DNA from: Candidatus Latescibacterota bacterium
GTDB lineage: Bacteria; Latescibacterota; 4484-107
Direction: 5' to 3'
Assembly: GCA_043804415.1 (NCBI GenBank)
Contig: JAZDJA010000031.1
Coordinates: 1 to 60,216 of the forward strand
DNA length: 60,216 nucleotides
The notes under the pieces: model-generated
What the model saw: the letters and a program-made list of their open reading frames with translations, nothing else
Told to the model about the DNA's origin: nothing
The model's database searches: none
Shown: positions 51,066 to 60,216 of the stretch, in pieces
Numbering within the stretch: the first letter of the stretch is position 1
Layout of the letters: each line of letters begins with the position of its first letter
Made by a program: the position numbers and the translations under genes

Positions 51066-51500
51066 TTATCGAAACAGCTCCTTGATCTTGGTCCACGTAC
51101 TTTCATCTATGTAGGTGACGGATTGCTGCCCCAGAAACTTCATCCGCGCCGTCAGTTCGGAAAGGTCTCCACCCGAACTCTCATACCGAATTTTGCCGTC
51201 ACCATCCACCAGGAGCACCCAGGGAAGATGGCCCACCTTCACGCGATCGGTTCCACAGGAAAGAACGGCAGGCAGTTCGTCCAAGCGTATTTCCTCCATC
51301 ACGCCCCCGGATTCCCGGACGATCTCCTCCAGGCGCGCCGCATCCTCCAAAGCCTGTTCTTCAGATCCGACCAGGCGAACCAGCTTCACACGTCCGTATT
51401 CGGGCTTCAACTCCTCGTAAGCCCCCGTCGAGCGTCCTCCCTGACCGGAAAGCAGGAGGAACAAAAACAACACCATTAGAAAAACACCCGCCCGTTTCAC
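51066..51500 (-). CDS. Secreted hypothetical protein (thioredoxin-like strand motif, no CxxC) with C-terminal STWTKIKELFR tail
   Basis: Signal-like N-terminus; LP.VLLVD.DGKIRY; AAGGGAGG RBS before GTG. Confidence 0.6.
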   Translation of the reverse strand: MKRAGVFLMVLFLFLLLSGQGGRSTGAYEELKPEYGRVKLVRLVGSEEQALEDAARLEEIVRESGGVMEEIRLDELPAVLSCGTDRVKVGHLPWVLLVDGDGKIRYESSGGDLSELTARMKFLGQQSVTYIDESTWTKIKELFR

Positions 51501-51625
51501 AGGTCAGATCACCTCCCTTGTTTTTCCCCGCCCTCGCCCCGTCCCGAATACAAAGGCAAAGAGAAAGGCCATGATCAAATGAGTTCGTTTCTCTCTGCCT
51601 ACTCCTCCCCTTTGCCGGTCTTTCC

Positions 51626-52642
51626 TCATTCCGAGCGCACCGAAAAATGGGCCTCCACCTGGCCATCCACAATCCGAGCTTTGGACAGATGCGCCCCTTT
51701 GATCTCAATAATCTGGATCGCACCCACTTTTTGTCCGTCCGTATAGCCCAAGACCTCCCCTGTGGAGGGATCCTCCAACGCCTTTCCCTTTCCGTAAACG
51801 TTGAGCTTATCCCCTATCGTCACGCCGTCCTCCGCGCCCGCATTTATATAAACCGTATTGTCCTGCACTTCCAGGACGAGGACCGGCCGCGTGGATGCTT
51901 TCAGGGCGGAAGGTGGCGTGACCACTTCCTCAACCTTGGCTTTGATCTCTTGGAGGGCTTCGGCCATCGCCCGACCGAGGATAGTTTTTCGAAACACTTC
52001 CGAACCGAATTCGACGTCGGTCAGCCCGTAGAACTGGCTATCATTCTCGGTGGGGCGTCCCAAAAGCGTCAGTCCAATATCGCGATCCATGACTTCGCCC
52101 TCTCCGCCCAACACGCCCAATTCCCGGCCATCCATGACCCGCCACAGCGTGGCCTCCAAACGCACGTTCGAAGAAAAAGACCGGTATCCCCCGAGCATCT
52201 GCGCGCCTGCCATGAAGCGGGAAATATTGAATACTTCGATCTTCCCGGAGATCAAGACATCCGCATTCAACTCCGCGCCGATGGCGGAGATGGCACTCGG
52301 GGACATCTTTCCCTCGCCGATCGAAGCCGAAAAATCCGGTCTGCGCTCCAAAACTGCCCGGACGCTGTCCTTCGGAATAATCGTATAAAAGGCGTTTTCC
52401 CGCAGCACCTCCCCCAAAAAACCCGCTGTGCCGCCCTTTATGTCCCAGGCCCCATCATAGTGGCTTTTGTCTTCAAAGGGCAGGACTGCGATCGTTTGGG
52501 CGGTCCACGAGCCCTCTATGGCCGTCCACTCCGGACGCTCAAGGGGCAGTTCCTGCGAGATCGGTTCGGAAGAGGCCTGAAACGTCGCGCAACCACCGAT
52601 CGACAGCATGAGCAAAAAACCCTTCAGAATCAATCGCGTCAC
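51626..52642 (-). CDS. CsgG/TolB-N-like lipoprotein with FlgT-C-like C-terminal domain
   Basis: Lipobox IGGC; IAVLPFED, IG.ELNADVLI.G.I..F; VYINAG...GV..GD.L.VY...L.DP.TGEVLG. Confidence 0.7.
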   Translation of the reverse strand: MTRLILKGFLLMLSIGGCATFQASSEPISQELPLERPEWTAIEGSWTAQTIAVLPFEDKSHYDGAWDIKGGTAGFLGEVLRENAFYTIIPKDSVRAVLERRPDFSASIGEGKMSPSAISAIGAELNADVLISGKIEVFNISRFMAGAQMLGGYRSFSSNVRLEATLWRVMDGRELGVLGGEGEVMDRDIGLTLLGRPTENDSQFYGLTDVEFGSEVFRKTILGRAMAEALQEIKAKVEEVVTPPSALKASTRPVLVLEVQDNTVYINAGAEDGVTIGDKLNVYGKGKALEDPSTGEVLGYTDGQKVGAIQIIEIKGAHLSKARIVDGQVEAHFSVRSE

Positions 52643-52656
52643 TTCGGGTCTCCCTC

Positions 52657-52824
52657 CTATTTCGGCTTGATACCATCCCAATAATCGTTGCTATTCTTCA
52701 CGCCCTTTACATTTCGCAAGTTCCTTTGGCTGTCCAGATCACGGGAGGGCCCGCTCCCCTTCCAGATCAGGACAAAGGCCCCGGCGAAAAGGGCAGCACC
52801 CGCCAGAAGCATCAACTCTCTCAC
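52657..52824 (-). CDS. Small single-TM hypothetical protein (55 aa)
   Basis: AGGGGG RBS before GTG 52824; one hydrophobic helix; fills the gap between co-oriented genes. Confidence 0.4.
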   Translation of the reverse strand: MRELMLLAGAALFAGAFVLIWKGSGPSRDLDSQRNLRNVKGVKNSNDYWDGIKPK

Positions 52825-52900
52825 GATTTGCTGCACCCCCTTTGAGAAAAGCGTGTCGAGGCGGAAGCACATTTTCTGGTCCGAACCCCTCCGCCGAAAA

Positions 52901-53986
52901 TCAGCGGATCAGAATATCCGGTCGAGACAGGGTCTGACCTGCCACCTCCACGGCGACCATGGGCCAGTCGGGGGTCTTCGTCAAGACTTCGAAGCCCTCT
53001 GTTCCAACAAGGATCGTATCCTCCGACTTGGTTCCCGTGATCGAGGGATTCCATGCGTATGCCTGATGCGCCTGGACGATCTCCGAACAATCCGCCGTGC
53101 CCAGAAACTCTCTCGCCTCGTATCCCGTTCCGCCGCCCTGATGGTGCCGTTTCCATTCGTCCTCGAATCCCTCCGTCCGATACGCAGTTACAGCTTTTTC
53201 GAAAACCGCCCGCACTTTATTTCCCGGACGGGTGTGCGCGAGAACCGCCGCATCGATCCGCGTCACGCTGGCATGCTTCCGGCGCAGCTCCGGCGACAGG
53301 TTCCCAAAATGCACCAGCCGTGTCGCCGACACGATCAATCCACCTCGTCGGCCGCACAATACCGCCATGGCGTACCGGTCCACCTGCTTGGACGTGGGAA
53401 TCGGGTGCCGGAATCTGGAGACCCGATCGTCCGCAGCCACCAACAGCACAATGGGCGTGATCTCCTTGGAAAAAAGAGATTCCGCCAGCTGTCCGGCAAT
53501 CTGAAATTCCGAGTCCCCCGGCAGAAACGCTCGACAGACGGCTGCCAACGAGGCGCCCGCGTCGTTCCCCAACGCCCGATATCGCTCGATTTCCGATTCG
53601 GTCAGCACATATCGAAGCCGCCTGAACGCATCCCCCAACGCCACGTCCGTGGCGATGCGTTTCCCGCGGCCGAACTTCTCCACGATCTTCGCCCCCTCCT
53701 CGGGACGATGCCACGGAAACGAGAGCGTCTCCACATCCAATCCACCGATCTCCTCGGCTTCCAATCTCGGCGCCTCTATGCTGTTCGTGATCAGCACATC
53801 CCGATCCCGCATGGCCAGCACACTCCCAACCGCCTCCACCGACGCCAGCCCCACGAAGCCATTTCCCCCGCCCGTGTACCAGGAGAAACTGCTCTGCTGC
53901 GTCATCAGGACCCCATCCAGCCCATGCTCGATCAAGAAGCGCCTCACGCGCTCCCGTTTGATGCCGATTTCATGCGCCCGTGTCAT
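52901..53986 (-). CDS. M24-family (Xaa-Pro-like) aminopeptidase
   Basis: N-terminal creatinase-like domain; RHP.PT, HHQGG.TGY..RE, AWNPSITGTKSEDT. Confidence 0.85.
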   Translation of the reverse strand: MTRAHEIGIKRERVRRFLIEHGLDGVLMTQQSSFSWYTGGGNGFVGLASVEAVGSVLAMRDRDVLITNSIEAPRLEAEEIGGLDVETLSFPWHRPEEGAKIVEKFGRGKRIATDVALGDAFRRLRYVLTESEIERYRALGNDAGASLAAVCRAFLPGDSEFQIAGQLAESLFSKEITPIVLLVAADDRVSRFRHPIPTSKQVDRYAMAVLCGRRGGLIVSATRLVHFGNLSPELRRKHASVTRIDAAVLAHTRPGNKVRAVFEKAVTAYRTEGFEDEWKRHHQGGGTGYEAREFLGTADCSEIVQAHQAYAWNPSITGTKSEDTILVGTEGFEVLTKTPDWPMVAVEVAGQTLSRPDILIR

Positions 53987-54084
53987 ACCCGCTCTCTGTA
54001 TTACACTATGCCGTGAGGAATGGGCCGCAAGGTCTCGCCCCACCCCCATTCGAGAGGGGGCGGACACTGCCAGGTGCGGTCTGC

Positions 54085-54822
54085 TTATCTCTTTTTTTTT
54101 ACCAGTTCCACCAGATCCCCGCACGAAAGATCCGCCGCATTGGCATCGTCGGTATCAATGTGCAGCTCGAGCTTCAGCCCCGACGACACCCGAATGCGCA
54201 CGTTCCCGAATGTCACCGGTTTGTCCCCGGGCACCACCGCGTCCACCAATTCCCCATCTTCGAAACCAAGACGCTCGGCATCCTCCGGGGAGATATGCAC
54301 GTGCCGGTCCGCCCGGATCGCGCCTGCCCGCAAAGTGAGCGAACCGTAAGGCCCCACCAGGGTTACCCCCGGCGTGCCGGCGATGTCCCCCGAATACTTT
54401 ACCGGCAGGTCCAGGCCAAGCGTGAAACCGTCCGTTCGGGAGAGTTCCACCTGGGTATGATCCCGCAAGGGTCCCAAAATCCGCACGCGCTCGATGGTTC
54501 GCATCCGGGGCCCCACGAGCGCCACAGTCTCCTCGGCCGCAAATTGTCCCGGCTGATAGAGATCGCGTATCTTCTTCAACTCGTGTCCGGGACCATACAA
54601 CGTATCGAGTGCCTCGCGGGATAGATGGATGTGGCGCACCGAAACACCCACCCTGGTTCTTCCGTCTCCGGTCTCCGCAAGGCCCGCGCGCTCCCGAACC
54701 CGCTGGATGACCTCCCGGGCAATCCGCTCTACCATGGCCTCCGTGTTCGTCGTATCCTGCAAATCGAAGCACCGTCCGCAATCCTGACAAGCCGGACTTC
54801 TTCTCATCAATGTGGATTCCAT
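54085..54822 (-). CDS. pduL: Phosphate propanoyltransferase PduL with N-terminal CxxCxxC and encapsulation-peptide-like helix
   Basis: GVS.RHIHL, L.QPGQFAA.ETV, RILGP.R..TQVE.S.TD, RHVH.SP.DA, ELHIDTD.ANA. Confidence 0.92.
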   Translation of the reverse strand: MESTLMRRSPACQDCGRCFDLQDTTNTEAMVERIAREVIQRVRERAGLAETGDGRTRVGVSVRHIHLSREALDTLYGPGHELKKIRDLYQPGQFAAEETVALVGPRMRTIERVRILGPLRDHTQVELSRTDGFTLGLDLPVKYSGDIAGTPGVTLVGPYGSLTLRAGAIRADRHVHISPEDAERLGFEDGELVDAVVPGDKPVTFGNVRIRVSSGLKLELHIDTDDANAADLSCGDLVELVKKKR

Positions 54823-54875
54823 ATCGATTTCCTGATTGGTTGTTAGGGATCTTCTCAAGATTATCAGACCGCCAC

Positions 54876-54904
54876 AAAATAAGTCTTTTTCGGCATAAAG
54901 TCAA
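54876..54904 (-). promoter_or_regulatory. Probable promoter of pduL
   Basis: TTGACT (54904-54899), 17 bp spacer, TATTTT. Confidence 0.5.
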
Positions 54905-54936
54905 GTCAAAAACCAAAAGCCTTTCGAGAATAGTTT

Positions 54937-54970
54937 TATACTTGACAAGGGAAGTCAAGTATAGTATATT
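54937..54970 (+). promoter_or_regulatory. IscR type-1-like operator overlapping the -35 box of the iscR promoter
   Basis: TATACTTGAC-AAGGGAA-GTCAAGTATA perfect 10-bp inverted repeat resembling ATASYYGAC-N7-GTCRRSTAT; TTGACA (54942-54947), 17 bp spacer, TATATT. Confidence 0.8.
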
Positions 54971-55003
54971 TGGAATTCACTGGATTATGGAAAGGGATTG
55001 GAT

Positions 55004-55417
55004 ATGGTCGGTCTCTCCACCAAGGGGAAGTATGGCATCAAAGCCATGTTCGAGCTGGCTTGCCATTACGGAGAAGGTCCGGTGGCGATCCGGCAGATCG
55101 CGACCCGGCACGCCATCCCCATGCCCTATCTGGAGCAGCTTCTCGTCCGGCTGAAAAAGGCGGAATTGGTGCGGAGCATTCGAGGCCCAAAAGGCGGATA
55201 CCTCCTGAAACAACCCGCAGATGACATCCGAATCGGCGATATTGTGCGCGCGCTGGAAGGCCCCATCGGGCTGTGTGATTGCGATGCCACCGACGAGGCC
55301 TGCGCCATCGCGGAGGACTGCGTCACCCGGTTCTTCTGGAAGCGCATCAGCCGGAAGATCGAAGAACTCTTTGACCAGACCACCCTCCAGGAGCTGGTCT
55401 CGGAAAGGGCGATTTGA
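55004..55417 (+). CDS. iscR: Rrf2-family regulator (IscR-like, retains Cys cluster)
   Basis: LSTKGKYG..AM.ELA, YLEQL...LKKA.LVRS.RGPKGGY.L, C..C......C.....C..R.FW. Confidence 0.85.
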   Translation: MVGLSTKGKYGIKAMFELACHYGEGPVAIRQIATRHAIPMPYLEQLLVRLKKAELVRSIRGPKGGYLLKQPADDIRIGDIVRALEGPIGLCDCDATDEACAIAEDCVTRFFWKRISRKIEELFDQTTLQELVSERAI

Positions 55418-55735
55418 GCGGGGAGAAAGAGCGGCGATCCTCCTGATCACCCTTTCCGGAGCAAAACCAAAATAAGCCCTCTCGTAAAGCGGATGTCCTT
55501 TCCCCCGGAGGGAAGAACACGCACGGAGACCCAACCCGTCCGCAGAAGGATCGGTGGAACGCATTTCCAAATGCCCTTTTCTTGTGAGATCGGATTTGGG
55601 CTGCGTCGCCCCAGTCAGCCAATGTTGGTCTGCACCCAATGGGGCGATGACAGAACGCTTGTGCGTCCCTTGACGCTCAGGACGAGCCGTTCGTTCGGCC
55701 TCACACGCACAAGATCACCTTTCGGAGAACACCTG

Positions 55736-56890
55736 ATGAAGAAGATCTATCTGGATCACAACGCCACCACCCCGGTGGATCCCCGCGTGCTGGAAGCGAT
55801 GCACCCCTATTTCAGCGAGTGCTTCGGCAATCCCTCCAGCATCCACGCATTTGGCCGCGAGGCAAAGGACGCCCTGGACCGGTCACGGGCGCAGATTGCA
55901 CGCATGCTGGGCGCAAAGGACCGCGAAATCTTTTTCACCGGAAGCGGAACCGAGGCCGACAACCTGGCGATCAAGGGCGTGGCGCGCAGCCACAGGAGCA
56001 AAGGCGATCATCTCATCACTTCCCAGATCGAGCATCCTGCGGTGTTGGCCTCGTGCGGCTATCTCGAGAAAGAGGGCTTCCGCGTAACCTATCTTCCGGT
56101 GGATGGAACCGGACAGGTGGATCCCGATGAAGTTCGCAGGGCCATCACCGACCACACGATCCTCATCACGATCATGCACGCGAACAACGAGGTGGGCACC
56201 ATCCAGCCCATTGCCCGGATCGGCCGCATCGCGCGGGAGCACGGGGTCCTTTTCCACACCGACGCGGTCCAGAGTGCCGGAAAACTCCAGATAGATGTGG
56301 ACGAGTTGGGCGTGGATCTGTTGACCCTCTCCGGCCACAAGATCTATGCCCCCAAGGGAGTCGGCGCCCTCTACGTCCGGAAGGGCACGAGGATCACGCC
56401 GCTGATCCACGGGGGGCACCACGAAAACGGCCGGAGGGCCGGCACGGAAAACCTCACGAGTATCGTGGGTTTCGGGAAGGCCGCCGAGATCGCCGAAGCC
56501 GAACGGACCGGGGAGTCCGAACGCCTGACCCAGCTGCGAGACGCGCTCCACCGGAAAATAACCGACCGCATCGAACGGGTATCTCTAAACGGCCATCCCA
56601 CCCAGCGCATTGCGGGAACGCTGAACCTTTCCTTTGCGGCTGTCGAAGGCGAATCCATCATCCTCAGTCTGGACATGGAGGGCATCGCCGTGGCCAGCGG
56701 GTCGGCCTGCACCTCCGGATCGCTGGAATCGTCGCATGTGCTCAAAGCCATGGGCATCATTCCGGAGCTGGCTCAAAGCTCGCTGCGCTTCAGTCTGGGA
56801 CGCACCAATACGCCGGAGGATATTGAAACCGTGGCCGAAGTGCTGCCTGCCATCATCGAACGTCTTCGGGCCATGTCCCCGCTGACCTGA
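55736..56890 (+). CDS. iscS: Cysteine desulfurase (IscS/NifS)
   Basis: IYLDHNATTP, GNPSS.H, ANNEVGTIQP, SGHKIY.PKGVG, RAGTEN, SGSACTS. Confidence 0.96.
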   Translation: MKKIYLDHNATTPVDPRVLEAMHPYFSECFGNPSSIHAFGREAKDALDRSRAQIARMLGAKDREIFFTGSGTEADNLAIKGVARSHRSKGDHLITSQIEHPAVLASCGYLEKEGFRVTYLPVDGTGQVDPDEVRRAITDHTILITIMHANNEVGTIQPIARIGRIAREHGVLFHTDAVQSAGKLQIDVDELGVDLLTLSGHKIYAPKGVGALYVRKGTRITPLIHGGHHENGRRAGTENLTSIVGFGKAAEIAEAERTGESERLTQLRDALHRKITDRIERVSLNGHPTQRIAGTLNLSFAAVEGESIILSLDMEGIAVASGSACTSGSLESSHVLKAMGIIPELAQSSLRFSLGRTNTPEDIETVAEVLPAIIERLRAMSPLT

Positions 56891-56966
56891 GTGGCGACGA
56901 GTCGTACCCTCGCTTCCGCTCCCAGGTGCCGCCCCTTCCATTCGATCGGACCTTGCTGTGATACTT

Positions 56967-57002
56967 CCTCTTGTTCCCACGCGCCAGCGTGGGAACAAGA
57001 GG
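56967..57002. repeat. REP palindrome
   Basis: CCTCTTGTTCCCACGC-GCCA-GCGTGGGAACAAGAGG, perfect 16-bp stem, same family as the RAYT-flanking REPs. Confidence 0.85.
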
Positions 57003-57418
57003 GGACTCGACAGGCTTACCCGGAGACACAGAGACCCGGAGACCGCCGATATACATGGATGGGATCCCCGACTCTCCCTCGATGATGGGAGCGATTCGAT
57101 CGCATTCCCACACCCACACCGACCTGTTCTCGTCTCCCCCCCCATCGAACTATCGCCCCATCTCCTGCTTTTCCTCAGACCCCAAAACCCCCCAGCTCTT
57201 CGATGCCCCACCAAAGATACCGGAAATTGCTCCAGGATCGTCTGCCCCCATCCCCTCTCATGGCCCGCCCCCACCGCGCGCCCCGCCAGGAAGGCCGCCA
57301 CCCGGACGGTCCGCCCAATCTGAGGATCGATCCCTTCCCGGCCGAAACGGACCTCCCCCAGCTTCCCTCTCGAAAGTCGAAATCGGAGCTGCTCTGTGCA
57401 GACATTCGAAGAAACTAC

Positions 57419-57447
57419 TTGACGCAATCCGAAAAAAGGAATAACTT
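57419..57447 (+). promoter_or_regulatory. Possible sigma70 promoter
   Basis: TTGACG, 17 bp spacer, TAACTT. Confidence 0.5.
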
Positions 57448-57519
57448 TCCGCATATTGTGTTGGTCGGACCATTCTCACCTCTCACCACTCACCACTCAC
57501 CATCTGCCCTGGAGACGCT

Positions 57520-60159
57520 ATGATACCATTGAACTACTTCCGGCTGAACTACTTCCGGCGGGCACTTGCCATAATGACAGTGGCTTGGTTGACCTTCCAG
57601 ACGGGGATAATTGCCGCGGACGCAGACCTGCCCGCGCTGGACGAACCGATTGTGGTGGCGGACTGGCTGACGGTAGGCCCTTTCTCCGTCGGAACCCGGG
57701 AGGGATACATCGATTTCCTGACGGCCCAGGGAGGAGAGCGCGAAATTCGACCGGAAGCGGGCATGGAACATCTTACCCTCCTTGCAGAAGGAGGGCGCGT
57801 GCGGTGGCGGTCGGCAGAGCTCGAAGAGGACAAGGTGAATTTAACCTATGAGGGGGTGAACTGGGAATTGCTTGGGCAAAGCGATGGACAGGCGGGTCAG
57901 CGGTGCGTGGGATACGGGTATGCCGAATTTGCGAGCGACCGAGACCAGCGCGCGCTGGTGATGGCGGAGCGGATCGGAACGTTCTGGCTCAATGGAGATC
58001 CCTACTACGGAGATGGATACGGCCACGAATTTGTAAAAGTCCCGGTGGTGCTGAAAGAGGGGATCAACCGCGTGCTCGTAAAGGTGGGGCGATCCCGGCC
58101 GTGGTTCTCCTTTCGGGTGCTGCCTGTGAAGGGGGACCTGACCATCAACGATCGGGATCTGACCACACCGGATATCCGGGTCGGGGAACGGCTGGACGGA
58201 TGGATTGGCGTGCCCGTGCTTAATACGACCACGGAACAGGCAAAGGATGTGATGGTCATGGTAACCGGAGAACTGTTTGAGCCCACGGAGACCGTGCTTC
58301 CCAATCTGGAACCGCTGACCATGGAGAAGGTTCCCGTTCCGATCCGCATCCGGGAGCACGTGGAACCCGCCGAGATTTCCGCAGATACGGTCTATGCCAC
58401 GGTTTCTATCGTGTGCGATGGCGTGCAGGATGAACAACAGATTCCGATTGGGATAAGGCGAAAGGACGAGCCGTATCGGGTGACCTTTCTCTCAGGGATG
58501 GACGAGTCGGCCCAGCATTTCTCCGTGCGTCCCCCCACTGATTTTGACCCGGAGCAAACGTACGCGCTCATTCTTTCGCTGCACGGCGCCAGCGTGCCTT
58601 CGGATGGTCAGGTGACCTCCTACGCCCCCAAGGACTGGGCGTTCGTGGTCGCTCCCACCAATCGGCGACGGTTCGGATTTGACTGGCAGGACTGGGGACG
58701 GCGGGATGTGCTGGAGGTGCTCGAACAGATGCAGGCGCGATACCGGATCGACCCGAACCGGATCTACCTTACCGGACATTCGATGGGCGGGCATGGGGTC
58801 TGGCACGTGGGGCTGCACCATGCGGACCGATTCGCGGCAATGGCCCCAAGTGCGGGGTGGAACAGCTTTCCGCTCTATGCACCCCTTTACCTCCGCAAGG
58901 ACTATATGTACGCCCCCCCCTCCCTTCGATCCATCTGGGAGCGCGCCATCCGGGAGGACCGGACGGAGGCCTTTATGGAGAATGCGCGCAACGTGCCGGC
59001 CTTTGTGCTCCACGGATCCGACGACGATGACGTGCCGGTCACCCACGCGCGGCGAGCGGTGGAGATGCTGACGGGGTTGGACTATGAGGTCTTCTATCAC
59101 GAAAAACCGGGCAAGGGGCACTGGTGGGATGAAGGGGATCTTCCGGGCACGGCGTGTGTGGATTATCCGGAGATGATGGCCTTTTTCAAGGAGCGCGCGC
59201 GAAATCCCTATCCCAAACACGTCGTGTTCGTGACCACCGACCTGGGTGTAAATGACCGGCTCTACTGGGTGCAGGTGGATCAACTGAAGCTGCTCTATGA
59301 GGACGCAAGAATCGAGGCGGAAGTCGGAAACGACGATGTCGTTCGGGTGACCGCGAAGAACATCTCAGGATTCACACTTCATCTGACCGACGCGCTTGTG
59401 GCCGCAGAACGGGTCACCGTCCAGGTCAATGGATCCCGGATGGGCGATTTTCGACTGGTGACCACCGACGGGCCGGGCGGCAACCCGCAAACCAGGATCC
59501 GCGATCCAAAATCGTATGAGCCGCTGTCGTTTCACCTCCATAAGGACGGAACCTTTCGGGCCGGGCCACTCAGGAGCCAGCGATTTGAGAAGACGCCGGC
59601 GCAATACGGCCCCATCAAGGCGGCGTATTTCTCCCCCTTCCTATTCGTTTACGGAACAGCCGGGGATGCCCAAGAGACCGCGCTCAACCTGCATCTGGCG
59701 CGGATTGGGGCCCAGCAATGGTGGTGGCGCGCCAACGGACACGTGCGGGTCGTGCCGGATTCGGAGGTGGATGCGCGGATGATCGAACACTACAACCTGA
59801 TCCTGTTTGGAGGGCCGGGGAGCAATACGCTCATGGCACAAATCGCCGGGAAGCTGCCCATCTCGGTGCGGGCGGGCAGCATTACAGTGGAGGATCGGAA
59901 GATGGAGGGGCCGGGATGGGCTGTGCGCATGATCTATCCCAATCCGCTGAACCGGAAGCGGTTTGTCTTAGTGAACGCGGGAACCGACGTCGAGGGGATG
60001 CGGTTGACCGAGGTCCTGGGCACCATGCACTCGGCGGCTGGATTGCCGGATTACATCATTTACAATCGGGAGATTAAGACAAAGGGATGGGGGGGCGTGA
60101 CAGCGGCGGGCTTCTTCGATCAAACCTGGCGGTTGGATCGGAGCCTCGGTGAGTGGTGA
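57520..60159 (+). CDS. Secreted alpha/beta hydrolase (prolyl-oligopeptidase/esterase-like, S9)
   Basis: Signal peptide; SLHGA, IYLTGHSMGG.G (nucleophile), LHG..DD.VP (Asp), GHWW (His). Confidence 0.85.
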   Translation: MIPLNYFRLNYFRRALAIMTVAWLTFQTGIIAADADLPALDEPIVVADWLTVGPFSVGTREGYIDFLTAQGGEREIRPEAGMEHLTLLAEGGRVRWRSAELEEDKVNLTYEGVNWELLGQSDGQAGQRCVGYGYAEFASDRDQRALVMAERIGTFWLNGDPYYGDGYGHEFVKVPVVLKEGINRVLVKVGRSRPWFSFRVLPVKGDLTINDRDLTTPDIRVGERLDGWIGVPVLNTTTEQAKDVMVMVTGELFEPTETVLPNLEPLTMEKVPVPIRIREHVEPAEISADTVYATVSIVCDGVQDEQQIPIGIRRKDEPYRVTFLSGMDESAQHFSVRPPTDFDPEQTYALILSLHGASVPSDGQVTSYAPKDWAFVVAPTNRRRFGFDWQDWGRRDVLEVLEQMQARYRIDPNRIYLTGHSMGGHGVWHVGLHHADRFAAMAPSAGWNSFPLYAPLYLRKDYMYAPPSLRSIWERAIREDRTEAFMENARNVPAFVLHGSDDDDVPVTHARRAVEMLTGLDYEVFYHEKPGKGHWWDEGDLPGTACVDYPEMMAFFKERARNPYPKHVVFVTTDLGVNDRLYWVQVDQLKLLYEDARIEAEVGNDDVVRVTAKNISGFTLHLTDALVAAERVTVQVNGSRMGDFRLVTTDGPGGNPQTRIRDPKSYEPLSFHLHKDGTFRAGPLRSQRFEKTPAQYGPIKAAYFSPFLFVYGTAGDAQETALNLHLARIGAQQWWWRANGHVRVVPDSEVDARMIEHYNLILFGGPGSNTLMAQIAGKLPISVRAGSITVEDRKMEGPGWAVRMIYPNPLNRKRFVLVNAGTDVEGMRLTEVLGTMHSAAGLPDYIIYNREIKTKGWGGVTAAGFFDQTWRLDRSLGEW

Positions 60160-60216
60160 GTGGGGCTGATCCCTGACCCCTGACAATGGCCATCATCCGT
60201 TACCAGAATCGGGCCG

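Overview
A 60-kb stretch of GC-rich bacterial chromosome. The C-terminal FlgD-Ig/T9SS-type tails, WGxxK tails, DUF4159 gene and PduL with an encapsulation peptide suggest an FCB-group lineage such as Ca. Latescibacterota (inference only). The first ~7 kb is an accessory zone of secreted proteins. It contains the 3' end of an IS630 element that interrupts a modular HEXXH/beta-helix/TPR/CTD gene, decayed orphan CTD tails, a lipoprotein, and two tandem CBM9/DOMON-like paralogues separated by a deleted RAYT transposase with REP arms and a duplicated gene tail. From 7.3 to 15.8 kb lies a minus-strand ion-homeostasis cluster: V/A-ATPase B and D only, USP, two EIIA(Ntr)-like proteins, KtrB/KtrA, a CPA2 antiporter, a PII-like protein and a possible nuclease-fold protein. 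The rest is mostly housekeeping and metabolic genes (OPT transporter, argS, asnS, Na/Pi cotransporter, tgt, wzc/wza, dcd, queH, hisB/hisC, lon/hsp20, nrdR, glyA, rpiB, ogt, pduL, iscR-iscS, secreted alpha/beta hydrolase). Gene junctions throughout carry short tandem (6-9-mer) and palindromic repeats, and one ~170-bp palindrome sits in frame inside a polysaccharide deacetylase. I saw no rRNA, tRNA, CRISPR array, prophage or reverse transcriptase. All family assignments come from motif recognition by eye, not database searches, and many start codons were adjusted from the ORF track using RBS position.
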